A stretch of 24,187 nt of DNA from Chiloscyllium plagiosum (Eukaryota): assembly GCF_004010195.1 (NCBI RefSeq), contig NC_057759.1, positions 634,264-658,450 of the forward strand, written 5' to 3'. Of the stretch, positions 1 through 10,342 are shown piece by piece. The translations under genes were made by a program, and so were the position numbers. Below the pieces are notes generated by a model that was not told the DNA's origin, did no database searches, and saw nothing but the letters and a program-made list of their open reading frames with translations. Every line of letters starts with the position of its first letter. The first letter of the stretch is position 1.

Positions 1-165
1 TCCTGTACCATTTGTATCCTGGAACATTAAGCTGTCAATCCTGCCCATGCCTGAGCCATGTTTCTGTAATTGCCATGATATCCCTGTCCCATCTTCCTAA
101 CCATGCCGAGTTCATCTGCCGACCCTGTTCGGCCCCTTGCATTGAAATAAATGCGGTTTAATTTA
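1..165 (-). pseudogene. N-terminus of CR1 ORF2 apurinic-type endonuclease
   Basis: Minus strand KLNRIYFNARG..ADEL, followed by frameshifted ITETW-like sequence. Confidence 0.75.
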
Positions 166-282
166 ATAGTCCTACCTTGTCCCTGCGTGCTCTGACTGTT
201 GACTCGCTTCTGTTCTCAACTGTATTAGTTTCAGATTGATCTCTTTCCTCACTATCTCCCTGGGTCCCACCACCCCATCTTA

Positions 283-1127
283 CTAGTTTAAATCCTCCCG
301 AGCAGCTCTAGCAAATTTCCCTGCCAGTATATTAGTCCCCTTCCAATTTAGGCACTATCCGTCCTTCTTGTACAGGTCACGTCTACCCCAAAAGAGATTT
401 AAATGATCCAAAAATGTGAATCCTTCTCCCATAAACCAGCTCCTCAGCCATGCATTCATCCGCTCTAACCTCCTATTCCTCCCCTCACTCACTCTGAGCA
501 CCGGGAGTAATCCAGATATTACTAGTCTCGAGGACCTCCTTTCTAAATTGCTACCTAACTCTCTATAATCTCCCTTCTGAATCTCAACCTTTTCCCTTCC
601 TGTGTCATTAGTTGCAATGTGGACAATGACCTCTTGCTGACCCTTCTTCCCAGTGAAATTAATCTGCACCCTTTCTGAGACATTCTTGATCTTGGCACCA
701 GGGAAGCAACACACCATTATGCTTTATCGCTGCTGGCCACAGAAACGTCTGTCTGTACCTCGGACGAAAGAATCGCCTAACACAATTGATCTCTTGGAAC
801 CCAACGTACCCCTCATTGCATTAGAGCCAGTCTCAATACCAGGAACTTGGCTGTGCGTGGTAGTTTCGCTTGAGAATCCATCAACCTCTTAACCCATCTA
901 TGTGAATGTATCTGAGGCTTTCCCTCATTCCTATAACTGCCATCCATCACATAGTGTTGCTGTTGCAAATTCCTCATTGCTTCTCACTGTCTCTCTAACC
1001 GATCCATTCGATCTGATGAGATTCGCAGCCTGTAGAATTTATGACAGATATAATCCGCAATAATGCTTAAACTCTCTTTAAAGTCCCTCATCTGACAAGA
1101 AGTACTTATCACTTTATTGAAGGCCAT
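283..1127 (-). pseudogene. CR1 ORF1 relic (Zn finger/leucine zipper + SGNH esterase)
   Basis: ATG at 1127, then ..VISTSCQM.., ICHK..SDRMDRLERQ*, and CCFPGAKIKNV..VIVHIATND..VISGLLP..NAWLRSW..EGFTFLDH..DLYKKDG. Ends REDLN* at 283. Contains stops and frameshifts. Confidence 0.85.
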
Positions 1128-1476
1128 CTTTGCTGCTTCACAATCTACGGACGCAGAAAATTACACCGTCTTGTTCCTCTGCAAACACTGCCTCAGGTTA
1201 AAATAATAGTTATGGCCTATATTTTAAGTTTAATCAAGGGACATATCTCCAAAAATACATATAATCAAGAAAGGACCCACTCTACCCCTTACTGCAGTTT
1301 CTCTTTGGGCCACACTGAAAAACAACGTTTGACTTATCTGATTCTCTACTGTGAACTTCGCCCAACAGTCCCTCCAAGTTCAGTTGTGAAGTTCACTGCT
1401 TGTTAATTTTCCCAGGTGCACTCTGCTGCCCAGCGATACATGGATTCAAACAACAAAGGCAGTAACTGTGCAGGTT

Positions 1477-1498
1477 CTCTCTCTCTTTCTCTCTCTCT
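1477..1498. repeat. (CT)n microsatellite, imperfect
   Basis: ctctctctctttctctctctct. Confidence 0.8.
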
Positions 1499-1709
1499 TG
1501 CATGACCTCACCATGTGCTCTTCTCCCTTTTAATACTGCTGTTAGTTTGACTTTTTTTCCAAAGTTTCAAAACAATGCAACGGCACATAAAACAGTAATT
1601 ACTGTTCCTGGAAGTCGAAGAAATTACCTCTACCACCTAAAATACCTTAAAAAAAAGGAGCAGCAGTTACAGCCAGAAATGTTTCCCGTCCTCCATCTTG
1701 GATTACCTA

Positions 1710-1820
1710 TATGAATAGGAAGGTTTTGGAGCGATAAGAGCCAGGTATTGGCAGGTGGGACTAGATTGAGTTGAATTATCTGATCGGCATTCTGGGCTGT
1801 ACATCTCTATGACTGTATGT
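1710..1820 (+). mobile_element. CR1/HER1 3'UTR fragment
   Basis: atgaataggaagg..gggactag..tcggcat..ctgtacatctctatgactgtatg resembles the other CR1 3' tails in the window, with an internal deletion. Confidence 0.7.
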
Positions 1821-1880
1821 GATATGGCATAACGGAACGGCCTCTGGAAATCTAGTCGACGCATATATTGTTGTTTCAAA

Positions 1881-2100
1881 TACTAATTCCCACTTTTTCT
1901 TTTATGCAGGCGTCCTACACAGTCAGTTAAGACGATTGTAAAAGGTTGCTGAAATGCAGGAATAGATATCAAATTTGTGGGTTTGAATATTGCCTGTGGT
2001 TTTCCAATTAATTAATGTGCTTGACATATCTGCGAAAATTCAATTAAACCTTGTGCATTCCAGACCAATAAAAATGCGTTTTTATTTTAGCCTGAGTTTT
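1881..2100 (+). other. Candidate terminal exon of an unidentified host transcript
   Basis: Branch-point TACTAAT 1881-1887, pyrimidine tract, CAG ending 1909, stops in all frames within 45 nt, ATTAAA 2043, AATAAA 2067-2072, then T-rich sequence. Not recognisably repetitive. Confidence 0.35.
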
Positions 2101-2279
2101 TATCACTACAAAATGAACGTTTCCTCGTAGCTCATGCGCCACTTGCAATACCTCCTTCCTGTAATCCACTGGCAATACGACTTTGATGAACTTCTGTTCA
2201 TTTCTCATCTGCCAGAATATGTGTTGGTTTCGATTTTCTCAGTAAGACTTCATTTTTAAGATAGTAACATTTTGGGATG

Positions 2280-3340
2280 CTTTGAGATTCTATTATCATG
2301 TATGCGTTTTGATGCAATTGCTTTATATTTTCATCTTTCTGCTGTAACTCAGTTAATTTATCTGTGCTAAAGATGTCTGTTTAGTCATGCTAAAGATGCT
2401 TGTTTGGTCATCTGTCTGCTCCTGGTTTGTGTCAATCATCTGATCAAACAAGATCTCTACTAATTCCACATTCTGCTCTGTACTCTTTTGATCTCTCCTG
2501 TTTCAACTAGTGACTTTGCAACCTCGTGACCACCCAGTTAATAAAACTTCCAGGATATGTGTCCTTCAATAGTTCAGTTGCCTAAATTCAGCACTCCTAC
2601 TTTGAATTAACCATATCATTAGAAAGGGCAAATTATATTGTCGGAGCTGAGAGTTTGAGATCTAATAAGATCTCTCTACTCTTCACTGTTCAAATCTTCT
2701 CAAAACTCGCTTCACTGGACACTCAAAACTTCTTTTATGTAACTAAACGCTTCTCTCACCGTGAATTTCTTTTACTATTAAGTTTTCAGGTAATGGTCCT
2801 TCAGAGGTGCATATCTCCTTATCTTTCAACATCATGGATTGAGAGGATCTTGTATCTCTTAATATTGCAGACTCGCTTCCTGCTGCCCCTGGCCTATGCG
2901 ACTAAACTTTACCTTCGGAGTTGTATGGTTTAAGCAGATCTGACACTTCCTTCTCAACTAACCCCCGACCAGCTTGTACATTTTGGCACAGATTTCTAGC
3001 CTGAACTGTGCTGTCTGTTACTGCTCCAATAAAATTCAGTGGCTTGTTCTGTTTTCTGAAATCTGGTTTCCCAGTCCTTTTCCTAACCCACCAACACTTT
3101 GATTTCATGTGGCCTACTTTCTGCAGTGAAAACATCAGAACTTTTAAATTCTCATTCTGCTTGAAGGGTTTCCTTTTTTTACCCTGTGGTAAGTTATCCT
3201 CATTGCCTTCACCAAGATCTGCTTTCCTGTTTCCAGCTTGGCCTAAAACAGTTTTTGCAACTCGGACAGTCACTTGTACCAGCCCCAGAAAACTTCTGAT
3301 GTCTGAAAGAGTTATAGGTATCCCAAACACAGTTTAAACC
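2280..3340 (-). mobile_element. Decayed Gypsy-type LTR retrotransposon internal fragment (gag zinc knuckle + aspartic protease)
   Basis: CFHC/KVGHMKSKCW (CX2CX4HX4C, split by a 1-nt frameshift) at ~3091-3134. ILRDTRSSQS at ~2836-2865 (DTG mutated to DTR). Downstream YPG..VVTR motif at ~2520-2560. Confidence 0.8.
2365..2410. repeat. 23-bp tandem duplication
   Basis: tgctaaagatgtctgtttagtca / tgctaaagatgcttgtttggtca (20/23). Confidence 0.8.
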
Positions 3341-3364
3341 AACCGAATTCAAAACACAGAGCAA

Positions 3365-6300
3365 AAAACACGAACAACTGCCAACAGGGTGGTTGTCATA
3401 GGAAATTTCAATTTTCGCAACAATGACTGGAATTCACCTACTGTTCGACGAGTGAAACATAACTTGTAAGGAGCATCCAAGGAGGCTTTTCTAAAGGAAC
3501 ATGTAAATAGCCCAGTTTGGGGAGGGGCCATACAGGGTCTGGTGTTGGGAATTGAGCAGTTCCACGTGTTTGAAGTCTCAGGAGGGGATTACGTTGGGAA
3601 TAGTTATCACAATTCCATAAAGTTTAGCATACTCATGGACAAAGACAAGAATGGTCCGAAAGGAAGAGTGCTAAATTGGGAGATGGCCAAAATTCGGCAG
3701 GAGCTGTAAAATATAGATTGGGAGAAGCTGTTTGAAGGGAAATCCACATGCAATATATGAGACGCTTTGAAACAGAGGTTGATTAGAGTTCATGAGAGAT
3801 ATGTTCCTGTGAAAATAAGGGATAGAAATGGCAAGATTAGGGAACTATGGATGACAGGTGAATTTGTGAGACTACCTAAGAAGGAAAAGGATCATCCTTA
3901 AGATTGAGTTAACTGAAGTCAGACAAAGCCTTTGAAGAATATTGAGAATGTAAATACAATCTGAAACGAGGAATTAGGAGGGCTAAAAGAGATATATCCT
4001 TAGTGAACATGGTTAAGGAAAATCTCAAATCCTTTTATACATATATAAGGAGCAAGAGGGGAACTAGGGAAAGGGTTGGCCCACTCAAGGACAGAGCACG
4101 AAGTCATGCACGGAGTCAGAGAAAAGGATCGAGACTCTTAATGAGTACTTTGCATCAGTATTCACCGAGGAGAGGGGCATAGCGGATGTTGAGGTTAGGG
4201 ATAGATCTTTATTTACTCAATGTCAGGCCTGCAAAAGGAGGGAGGAAGTGTTCTGTATTCCAAAAGACATTACGGTGGACACGTTCCCAGGTGCAGATGG
4301 GATTTTTCCCAGTATGCTGAAGGAAGCGAGAGAGGAAACAGTTTGGACTTTAACAGATATCTTTGTAGCATCCCTGATGATGGAAGAGGTCTCAGAGGAC
4401 GGGAGAATCCCTAACGTAGTCCCTTTGTTTAACAAGGGTAGCAAGGAAAATCCAGGTAATTACAGAACTGTAAGCCTGACGTCAGTCGTCGAGAAGCTAC
4501 TGGAGAAGATACTAAGGTATAGGATATATAACCATTTGAAATAAACTGGGCTTATCAGTGATCGGCTGCATGGTTTTGCGCAAGGAAGGTCACGTCTTAC
4601 AAAGTTATAGAGTTCTTTGAAGAGGTGACAAAGTTGATTGATGAGGGAAGGGATGCAGACGTCGTATACATGGACTATAGTAAGGCGTTTGATAAAGGTC
4701 TCCATGGTAGGCTAATGAAAAAGCTGAAGTCTCATAGTGTCCAGGGTGTTCTGACGAGATAGATAGATAATTGATTGGGTAAGATCAATCTCCAAGATTG
4801 ATAAATTGATTGAGTAGCAGTGGAAGGGAGCTTCTCAAAATGGAGACCTCTGACCAGTGGTGTACCACAGGTATCCGTGCTGGGACCACTCATATTTGGG
4901 ATATATATATATATAAATGATTTGGAGGAAGGTGTAGATTGTCTCACTAGCAAGTTTACAGATGACACTCAGGTTGGTGGAGTAGAAGATAGTGAATGGG
5001 ACTGTCAGGGAGTATAGCAGAAGAAAGGTAGATTGGAGACTTGAGCAGAGAAATGGCAGATGGAGTTCAATACAAACAGATTCAAGGTAATGCATTTTGG
5101 AAGATGCAACTCAAGAGAGAACTATACAGTAATTGGAAACGCCCGGGGGGAAATTGATGTGCAGAGAGATCTGGGTGTATAGGTCCTTTATTCCCTGAAG
5201 GTGGCAATGCAGGTCAGTAGAGTGTTCAAGAAGGCATGTGGAATGCTTTCCTTCATTGGACGGGGTAATGAGTGCAGGAGTTGGCAGGTCGTATTACAGT
5301 TAAGACCGTGTTGCTGGAAAAGCACAACAGGTCAGGCATTATCCGAGGAGCATGAGAATCGACGTTTTGGGCCGGAGCTCATGATTAGAAATGAAGCTTG
5401 CAGCCTCGGGGTGGAGAGAAAATTGGGAGGGACGTGGGGCTGGGGAGAAGGTAACTAAGAGTGCAATAGGTGGATGGAGGTGGAAGTAAAGGTGATAGGT
5501 ATGAGCGGAGGGTGGAGTGGACAGGTGGGAAGGAAGATTGATAGGTTGGACATGTCGTGAGGACAGAGCTGAGCTTGAAAGTTGGAACTGGGGTAAGGTA
5601 GGGGGAGGGGAAATGAGGAAACTGTTGAAGTTCATATTGATGCCCTGGGGTTGAAGGTTACCGAAGAAGATCTTCCACATCGAGAACCTTCAAACATAGG
5701 ACAATAATGTGGACTTCACCAGTTTCCTGGTTTCCTCTACGGCCACGTTACCCCAGTTCCAAACTTAAGCTCAGACCCGTCCTCATGACCTGTCCCACCT
5801 GTCAATATTCCTTCCCAACTATCTGCTTCATCCTCCTCTCCGGCCTATCACCTTCACTCCCACCTCCATCCACCTATTGCACTCTTAGCTACCTTCTCCC
5901 TAACCGCACACCCTCCACCCGAGAGGCTCCGAGCCTCATTGCTATTGAAGTGCTTCAGCCATAAATGTCGATTCTCCTGCTCCTCGGATGCTGCCTGACT
6001 TGTTGCGCTTTTCTAGCAATACACTCTCAACTCTTACCTTCGCATCTGTAGACCTCACTTTCTCCTTGGTCATATTACAGTTGTTCATGACTTTGGTTCG
6101 GCCACATTTGGAATACTGCATACAGTTTGGTAGCCACAATACCAAAAGGATGTAGATGCTTTGGAAATAATGCAAAGGAGTTTCACCAGGCTGTTGCCTG
6201 CTATGAGGTGTTCGTTGTGAGGAGAGATTGAGTAGATTAGGATTGTGTCCATTGGAAAGAAGGAGACTGGGGGAGGGAACCTGATTGAGGCCTACAAAAT

Positions 6301-6643
6301 CATGAGAGTTGTAGACAGGGTGGACAGCAAAAAACCTTTTCCAGAGTACAAAACCCAATTACTAGGGGTCACGAGTTCGAAGTGAGAGGGTAAAAAATTT
6401 CAGGGAGTATAAGGGGAAAGTTCTTCAAGTAGAGGGAGTTGTGTGCCTGGAATGCGTTGACAGGGGAGCAAGTAGGGGTGGTAATTTAAGATGTATATAG
6501 ACAGATGAATGAATGGGCAGGGAGCAATGAGATATAGACCCTTAGAAAATAGGTGGCGGGTTTAGATAGAGGATCTTAATCGGCACAGTCATGGAGGGCT
6601 GAAGGGCCTGTTCCTGTGCTGTAAGGTTCTTTGTTCTTTGTTC
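3365..6643 (+). mobile_element. 5'-truncated CR1 LINE (ORF2 endonuclease C-half + RT + 3'UTR), interrupted by a PLE insertion at 5302-6067
   Basis: VVVIGNFNF..DW at ~3385; PGADGIFPSMLKE; NYRTVSLTSVV; HGFAQGRS; DYSKAFDK; SGVPQVSVLGPL; KFTDDT; resumes RPHLEYC at ~6099; tail gaagggcctgttcctgtgctgtaaggttctttgttctttgttc. Many stops and frameshifts. Confidence 0.93.
5302..6067. mobile_element. Two Penelope-like 3' ends in inverted orientation, flanked by a 15-bp TSD
   Basis: TSD ggtcgtattacagtt (5287-5301) / ggtcatattacagtt (6068-6082). Minus arm ~5308-5675 encodes IFFGNLQPQGINMNF (C-terminal end of the PLE GIY-YIG region). Plus arm ~5682-6065 is its diverged reverse complement. Confidence 0.85.
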
Positions 6644-6799
6644 ACACGCTGTCTTCGAGTCCAACAACCCTGACCACAAACCTGAACTATAGACAAATCC
6701 CACAAAGACTCCTCAACCTGTTTTGGACCAGTCCAGGTGCCCTCGAAACATTTGAAAAAAGTAGCCCAGACCCTAACTTTCTGAATTATTGTATGCAGG

Positions 6800-6980
6800 T
6801 ATACAGTTCATGGAATGCCCTGACAGTAGCAGTGGTGGACTCTCCCTCTTTATGGGCATTTAAACGGGCATTGGATAGGCATATGGAGGATAGTGGGCTA
6901 GTGTAGGTTAGGTGGGCTTGGATCGGCGCAACATCGAGGGCCAAAGGGCCTGTACTGCGCTGTATTTTTCTATGTTCTTC
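6800..6980 (+). mobile_element. Short CR1 3'-end insertion
   Basis: WNALTVAVVDSPSLWAFKRALDRHM (ORF2 C-terminus) plus tail gggcctgtactgcgctgtatttttctatgttct. Confidence 0.9.
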
Positions 6981-7396
6981 TCTGTTCAAGTACATATTCC
7001 AGGAGAGACGTAGCTTGTCGAACCACGAAGTTTTAAACAAAAAAGAATTTTCTTACAAGATTACCAAAGGAAGCGCAAACAAAAGGGAACCAAATACTGA
7101 ATAACTTAAACTATCCAAAAACTAATCCGACTATCCCAACTTAATGATGCTGTTCGAGATACCTCCAACTATCCCCGTAAACACCTCTTGGTGCAAAAGG
7201 TAAAATAGAACACGAGGTCTTACAAAACAGAAGTCAGAGCGAGCGTTTCAGTATAGACTTGCTTTTCTTAGGCCCAGCAACTTCACAATTCCACTGCAAA
7301 CAATCAAACCAAACCAGAGAAAATCTGAGCTAGGAGATTTGTACAAGTGTTTGATTGTATAATTTTTTTTCACTTGAAAACCTTTTTTCGAGGCAA

Positions 7397-7445
7397 TATT
7401 TGTTAATTGGGCAACATCTGACTAATGTTGCCCAATTAACAAATA
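7397..7445. repeat. Perfect 21-bp inverted repeat with 7-nt spacer
   Basis: tatttgttaattgggcaacat-ctgacta-atgttgcccaattaacaaata. Confidence 0.95.
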
Positions 7446-7556
7446 AACTAACTCCAAACCCATTCCAAGGCCAGGCTTTTCGGGGTTTGTGTCCTTTATG
7501 ACCTCTTGAAAAAAAAAAGGACAACATAACCTTGTTAAAGGATCAGATTTGTCGCA

Positions 7557-7842
7557 GCATCCACTGCACTCTGATTCACAAACTTTTGTTAAAACTAAGT
7601 TTACCTCACACCTGTATTAAATCTGCTTCGCCTTATCCTGAACCAGTGATGTCTTGTTCTACATTGCTCAACATTAAGAAATATCCACTCCATATCTACA
7701 TTGTGAACTATGTCTGGCAACTTACCGACCTCAATGTGATTTCATATAATTTTTTTAAACTCCACAGATTATAGGTGTGAACTGCTCAATCTCATTTCAT
7801 GAGACAAACTCCTCGTCTCTGGAATCAATCTGGTGAACATCT
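7557..7842 (-). mobile_element. Old, highly decayed CR1 3' fragment
   Basis: Patchy similarity to 8040-8340 of the adjacent CR1 (ccactgcactctg.., ggaatcaatctggtgaa). Confidence 0.5.
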
Positions 7843-8452
7843 TATAAGTCCATAAGACCATAAGACATAGGAGTGGAAGTAAAGCCATTTGGCCCATCCA
7901 GTCCAGTCCGCCATTTAATCATGGCGGATGGGCATTTCAACTCCACTTACCTGCATTCTCCCCATAGCCCTTAATTCCTTGTGATATCAAGAATTTATCA
8001 ATCTCTGCCTTGAAGAGATTTAGCGCCCCAGCCTCCACTGCATTCCATGACAATGAATTCCACAAGCCCACCACTCTCTGGCTGAAGACATTTCTCCACA
8101 TTTCTGTTCTGAATTGACCCCCTCTAATTCTAAGGCTGTGCCCACGGGTCCTAGTCTCCTCGCTTAACGAAAGCAATTTCTTAGCGTCTACCCTTTCCAA
8201 ACCATGTATTATCTTGTAAGTTTCTATTAGATTCCCCCTTAACCTTCTAAACTCCAATGTGTACAATCTCAGGATCGTCAGCAGTTCCTCCTATGTTAGT
8301 CCTGCCATTCCAGGGATCATCCGTGTGAATCTCCGCTGGACACGCTCCGGTGCCAGTATGTCCCTGCTGAGGTGTGGGGCCCAAAACTGGACACAGTAAT
8401 CCAAATGGGGCCGAACCAGAGCTTTATAAAGTCTCAGTAGCACATTGGTACT

Positions 8453-9556
8453 TTAATATTCCACTTCTCTGGAGATAAATGACAACATTGCATTTGCTAT
8501 CTTAATCACGGATTCAACCTGCATGTTTAACTTTAGAGAATCCTCGACTAGCACTCCCAAATCCTTTTGTACTTTGGCTTTATGAATTTTCTCACCGGTT
8601 AGAAAGTAGTCCATGTTTGTATTCTTTTTTCCAAAGTGCAAGACCTCGCATTTTCTCACATTGAACTTCATCAGCCATTTCCTGGACCACTCTCCCAAAC
8701 TATCTCGATCCTTCTGCAGCCTCCCCACTTCCTCAGTCCTACTTGGGTGTCCACCTAACTTCGTATCATTGGCAAACGTCGTTAGAATGTCCCCAGTCCC
8801 TTCATCAAGATCATTAATATGTAACGTGAACAGCTGCGGCCCCAACACTGAACCCTGTGGGACACCGCTTGTCACCGGCTGCCATTCCAAAAAAGAACCT
8901 TTTATCCCAACTCTCTGCCTTCTCTCCGACAGCCAATACTCAATCCATGCCAGTAGCTCACCTCGAACACCATCGGCCCTCACTTTACTCAGCAGCCTCC
9001 CGTGTGGCACCTTATCAAAGGCCTTTTGGAAGTCTAGATAGACCACATCCACTGGGTTTCCCTGGTCTAACCTACTTGTCACCACTTCAAAGAATTCTAA
9101 CAGGTTTTTCAGGCACGACCACCCCTTACTAAATCCATGTTGAATTGTTCTAATCCGACCCTGCTGTTGCAAGAATTTAAAAACCTCATCCTTAACGATG
9201 GATTCTAGAATTTTATGAACAACCGAGGTTAGGCTAATTGGCCTATGACTTTCCATCTTTTGTCTTGATCCTTTCTTGAACAAGTGGGTTACAACAGCAA
9301 TCTTCCAATCATCCTGGACTTTCCCTGACTCCAGTGACTTTTGAAAGATCTCAACCAACACCTCTGCTATTTCCTCAGCCACCTCCCTTAGAACTCTAGG
9401 ATGTAACCCATCGGGGCCAGGAGATTGGTCAATTTTAAGATCTTTTAGCTTTTCTAGCACTATCTCTTTTGTAATGGCAACCATGCTCAACTCAGCCCCC
9501 TGACTCCATGACTTTTGAAAGATCTCAACCAACACCTCTGCTATTTCCTCAGCCAC
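8453..9556 (-). pseudogene. CR1 ORF2 reverse transcriptase domain, open for 367 aa but with a mutated catalytic motif
   Basis: SPGPDGLHPRVL, RPISLTS, QHGF, YLDFQKAFDKV, SGVPQGSVLGPQLF. The FADD motif reads FANDTK. Confidence 0.95.
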
Positions 9557-9671
9557 CTCCCTTAGAACTCTAGGATGTAACCCATCGGGGCCAGGAGATT
9601 GGTCAATTTTAGCTTTTCTAGCACTATCTCTTTTGTAATGGCAACCATGCTCAACTCAGCCCCCTGACTCC
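9335..9671. repeat. ~174-bp tandem duplication inside CR1 ORF2
   Basis: Copy 1 9335-9507, copy 2 9509-9671 (lacks 10 bp, aagatctttt). Microhomology ccctgactcc at the junctions. Confidence 0.95.
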
Positions 9672-10152
9672 CTTTAATTGTTGGGATATTACTCATGTCT
9701 TCCACTGTGAAGACTGATGCAAAGTACTCCAGCCATTTCCTTATCTCCCATCACTAGTCTTCCAGCATCAGTTTTATGTGGCCCAATGTCTACTTTTGGC
9801 TGTCGTTTGTTTCTTATGTATTGAAAGAAACTTTTACTATCATTTCTAATATTACTGGCTAGCCTACCTTCATATTTGATCCTCTCCTTCCTTATTTCTC
9901 TCTTTGTTATCCTCTGTTTTTTTTTTGTAGCCTTCCCAATCTTCTGATTTCCCAGTGCTCTTGGCCACTTTATAGAATCTCTCTTTTTCTTGAATACATT
10001 TCTTGACTTCCTATGTCAGCCATCGATGTCTAATCCCTCCCCGGATAATCTTTCTTTTCTTGGGGATGAACCTCTGTACTGTGTCCTCAATTATACCCAC
10101 AAACTCCTGCCCTTTTTGCCCTACTGTCTTCCCTGCTAGGCTCTGCTTCCAG

Positions 10153-10342
10153 GAGAAAGTGAGGTCTGCAGATGCTGGAGATCAGAGCTGGAAATGTGTT
10201 GCTGGAAAAGCGCAGCAGGTCAGGCAGCATCCAGGGAACAGGAGAATCGACGTTTCCTGAAGAAGGGCTTATGCCCGAAACGTCGATTCTCCTGTTCCCT
10301 GGATGCTGCCTGACTTGCTGCGCTTTTCCAGCAACACATTTC
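10153..10342. mobile_element. 190-bp fold-back Penelope-like terminal-repeat insertion with perfect 15-bp TSD
   Basis: TSD aggctctgcttccag at 10138-10152 and 10343-10357. Inverted arms 10191-10256 and 10277-10342 (66 bp, 1 mismatch). Confidence 0.92.
10254..10288 (+). ncRNA. Minimal type I hammerhead ribozyme motif (PLE-associated)
   Basis: CTGAAGA (10257-10263), A, stem II GGGC-TTAT-GCCC, GAAA (10277-10280), CGTC with palindromic ACGT and a GUC cleavage triplet. Helix I is weak. Confidence 0.7.

Larger units (their letters stand above)
1..1705 (-). mobile_element. 5' part of a CR1-clade LINE (5'UTR, ORF1, start of ORF2), continuing beyond the left window edge
   Basis: Minus strand reads, in order: putative UTR, decayed Zn-finger/coiled coil, SGNH esterase (ORF 355..717), then endonuclease start YFNARG near 150. 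The 5' boundary is inferred from the abutting CR1 tail at ~1710. Confidence 0.85.
6650..7556. mobile_element. Possible solo LTR / unclassified repeat, interrupted by a CR1 3' fragment
   Basis: Non-coding block between two LINEs with possible TG..CA ends. No convincing TSD; classified by general resemblance only. Confidence 0.3.

Noticed and set aside
355..717. Host or horizontally acquired lipase/esterase gene
   Set aside because: It sits in the ORF1 position between the Zn-finger relic and the ORF2 endonuclease of a CR1, and is disrupted.
2280..3340. Endogenous retrovirus or domesticated gag gene
   Set aside because: Frameshifted knuckle, mutated protease motif, and no env or adjoining LTR pair.
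8613..9132. Plus-strand ORFs (142 aa, 91 aa) and similar ORFs at 653, 3008, 4223, 4460, 4732, 17248, 20431, 21040
   Set aside because: Antisense shadows of retroelement coding sequence, with no independent protein features.
8453..9556. Longest ORF as a functional or domesticated RT, retron or DGR-like system
   Set aside because: It is an ordinary CR1 ORF2 piece with FADD mutated to FAND, a start created by the tandem duplication, and broken flanking frames.
10153..10342. DNA-transposon MITE, miRNA gene or CRISPR-like repeat
   Set aside because: The arms are asymmetric within the insert and match the PLE terminal repeat seen elsewhere in the window attached to GIY-YIG sequence. There is no repeat-spacer array.
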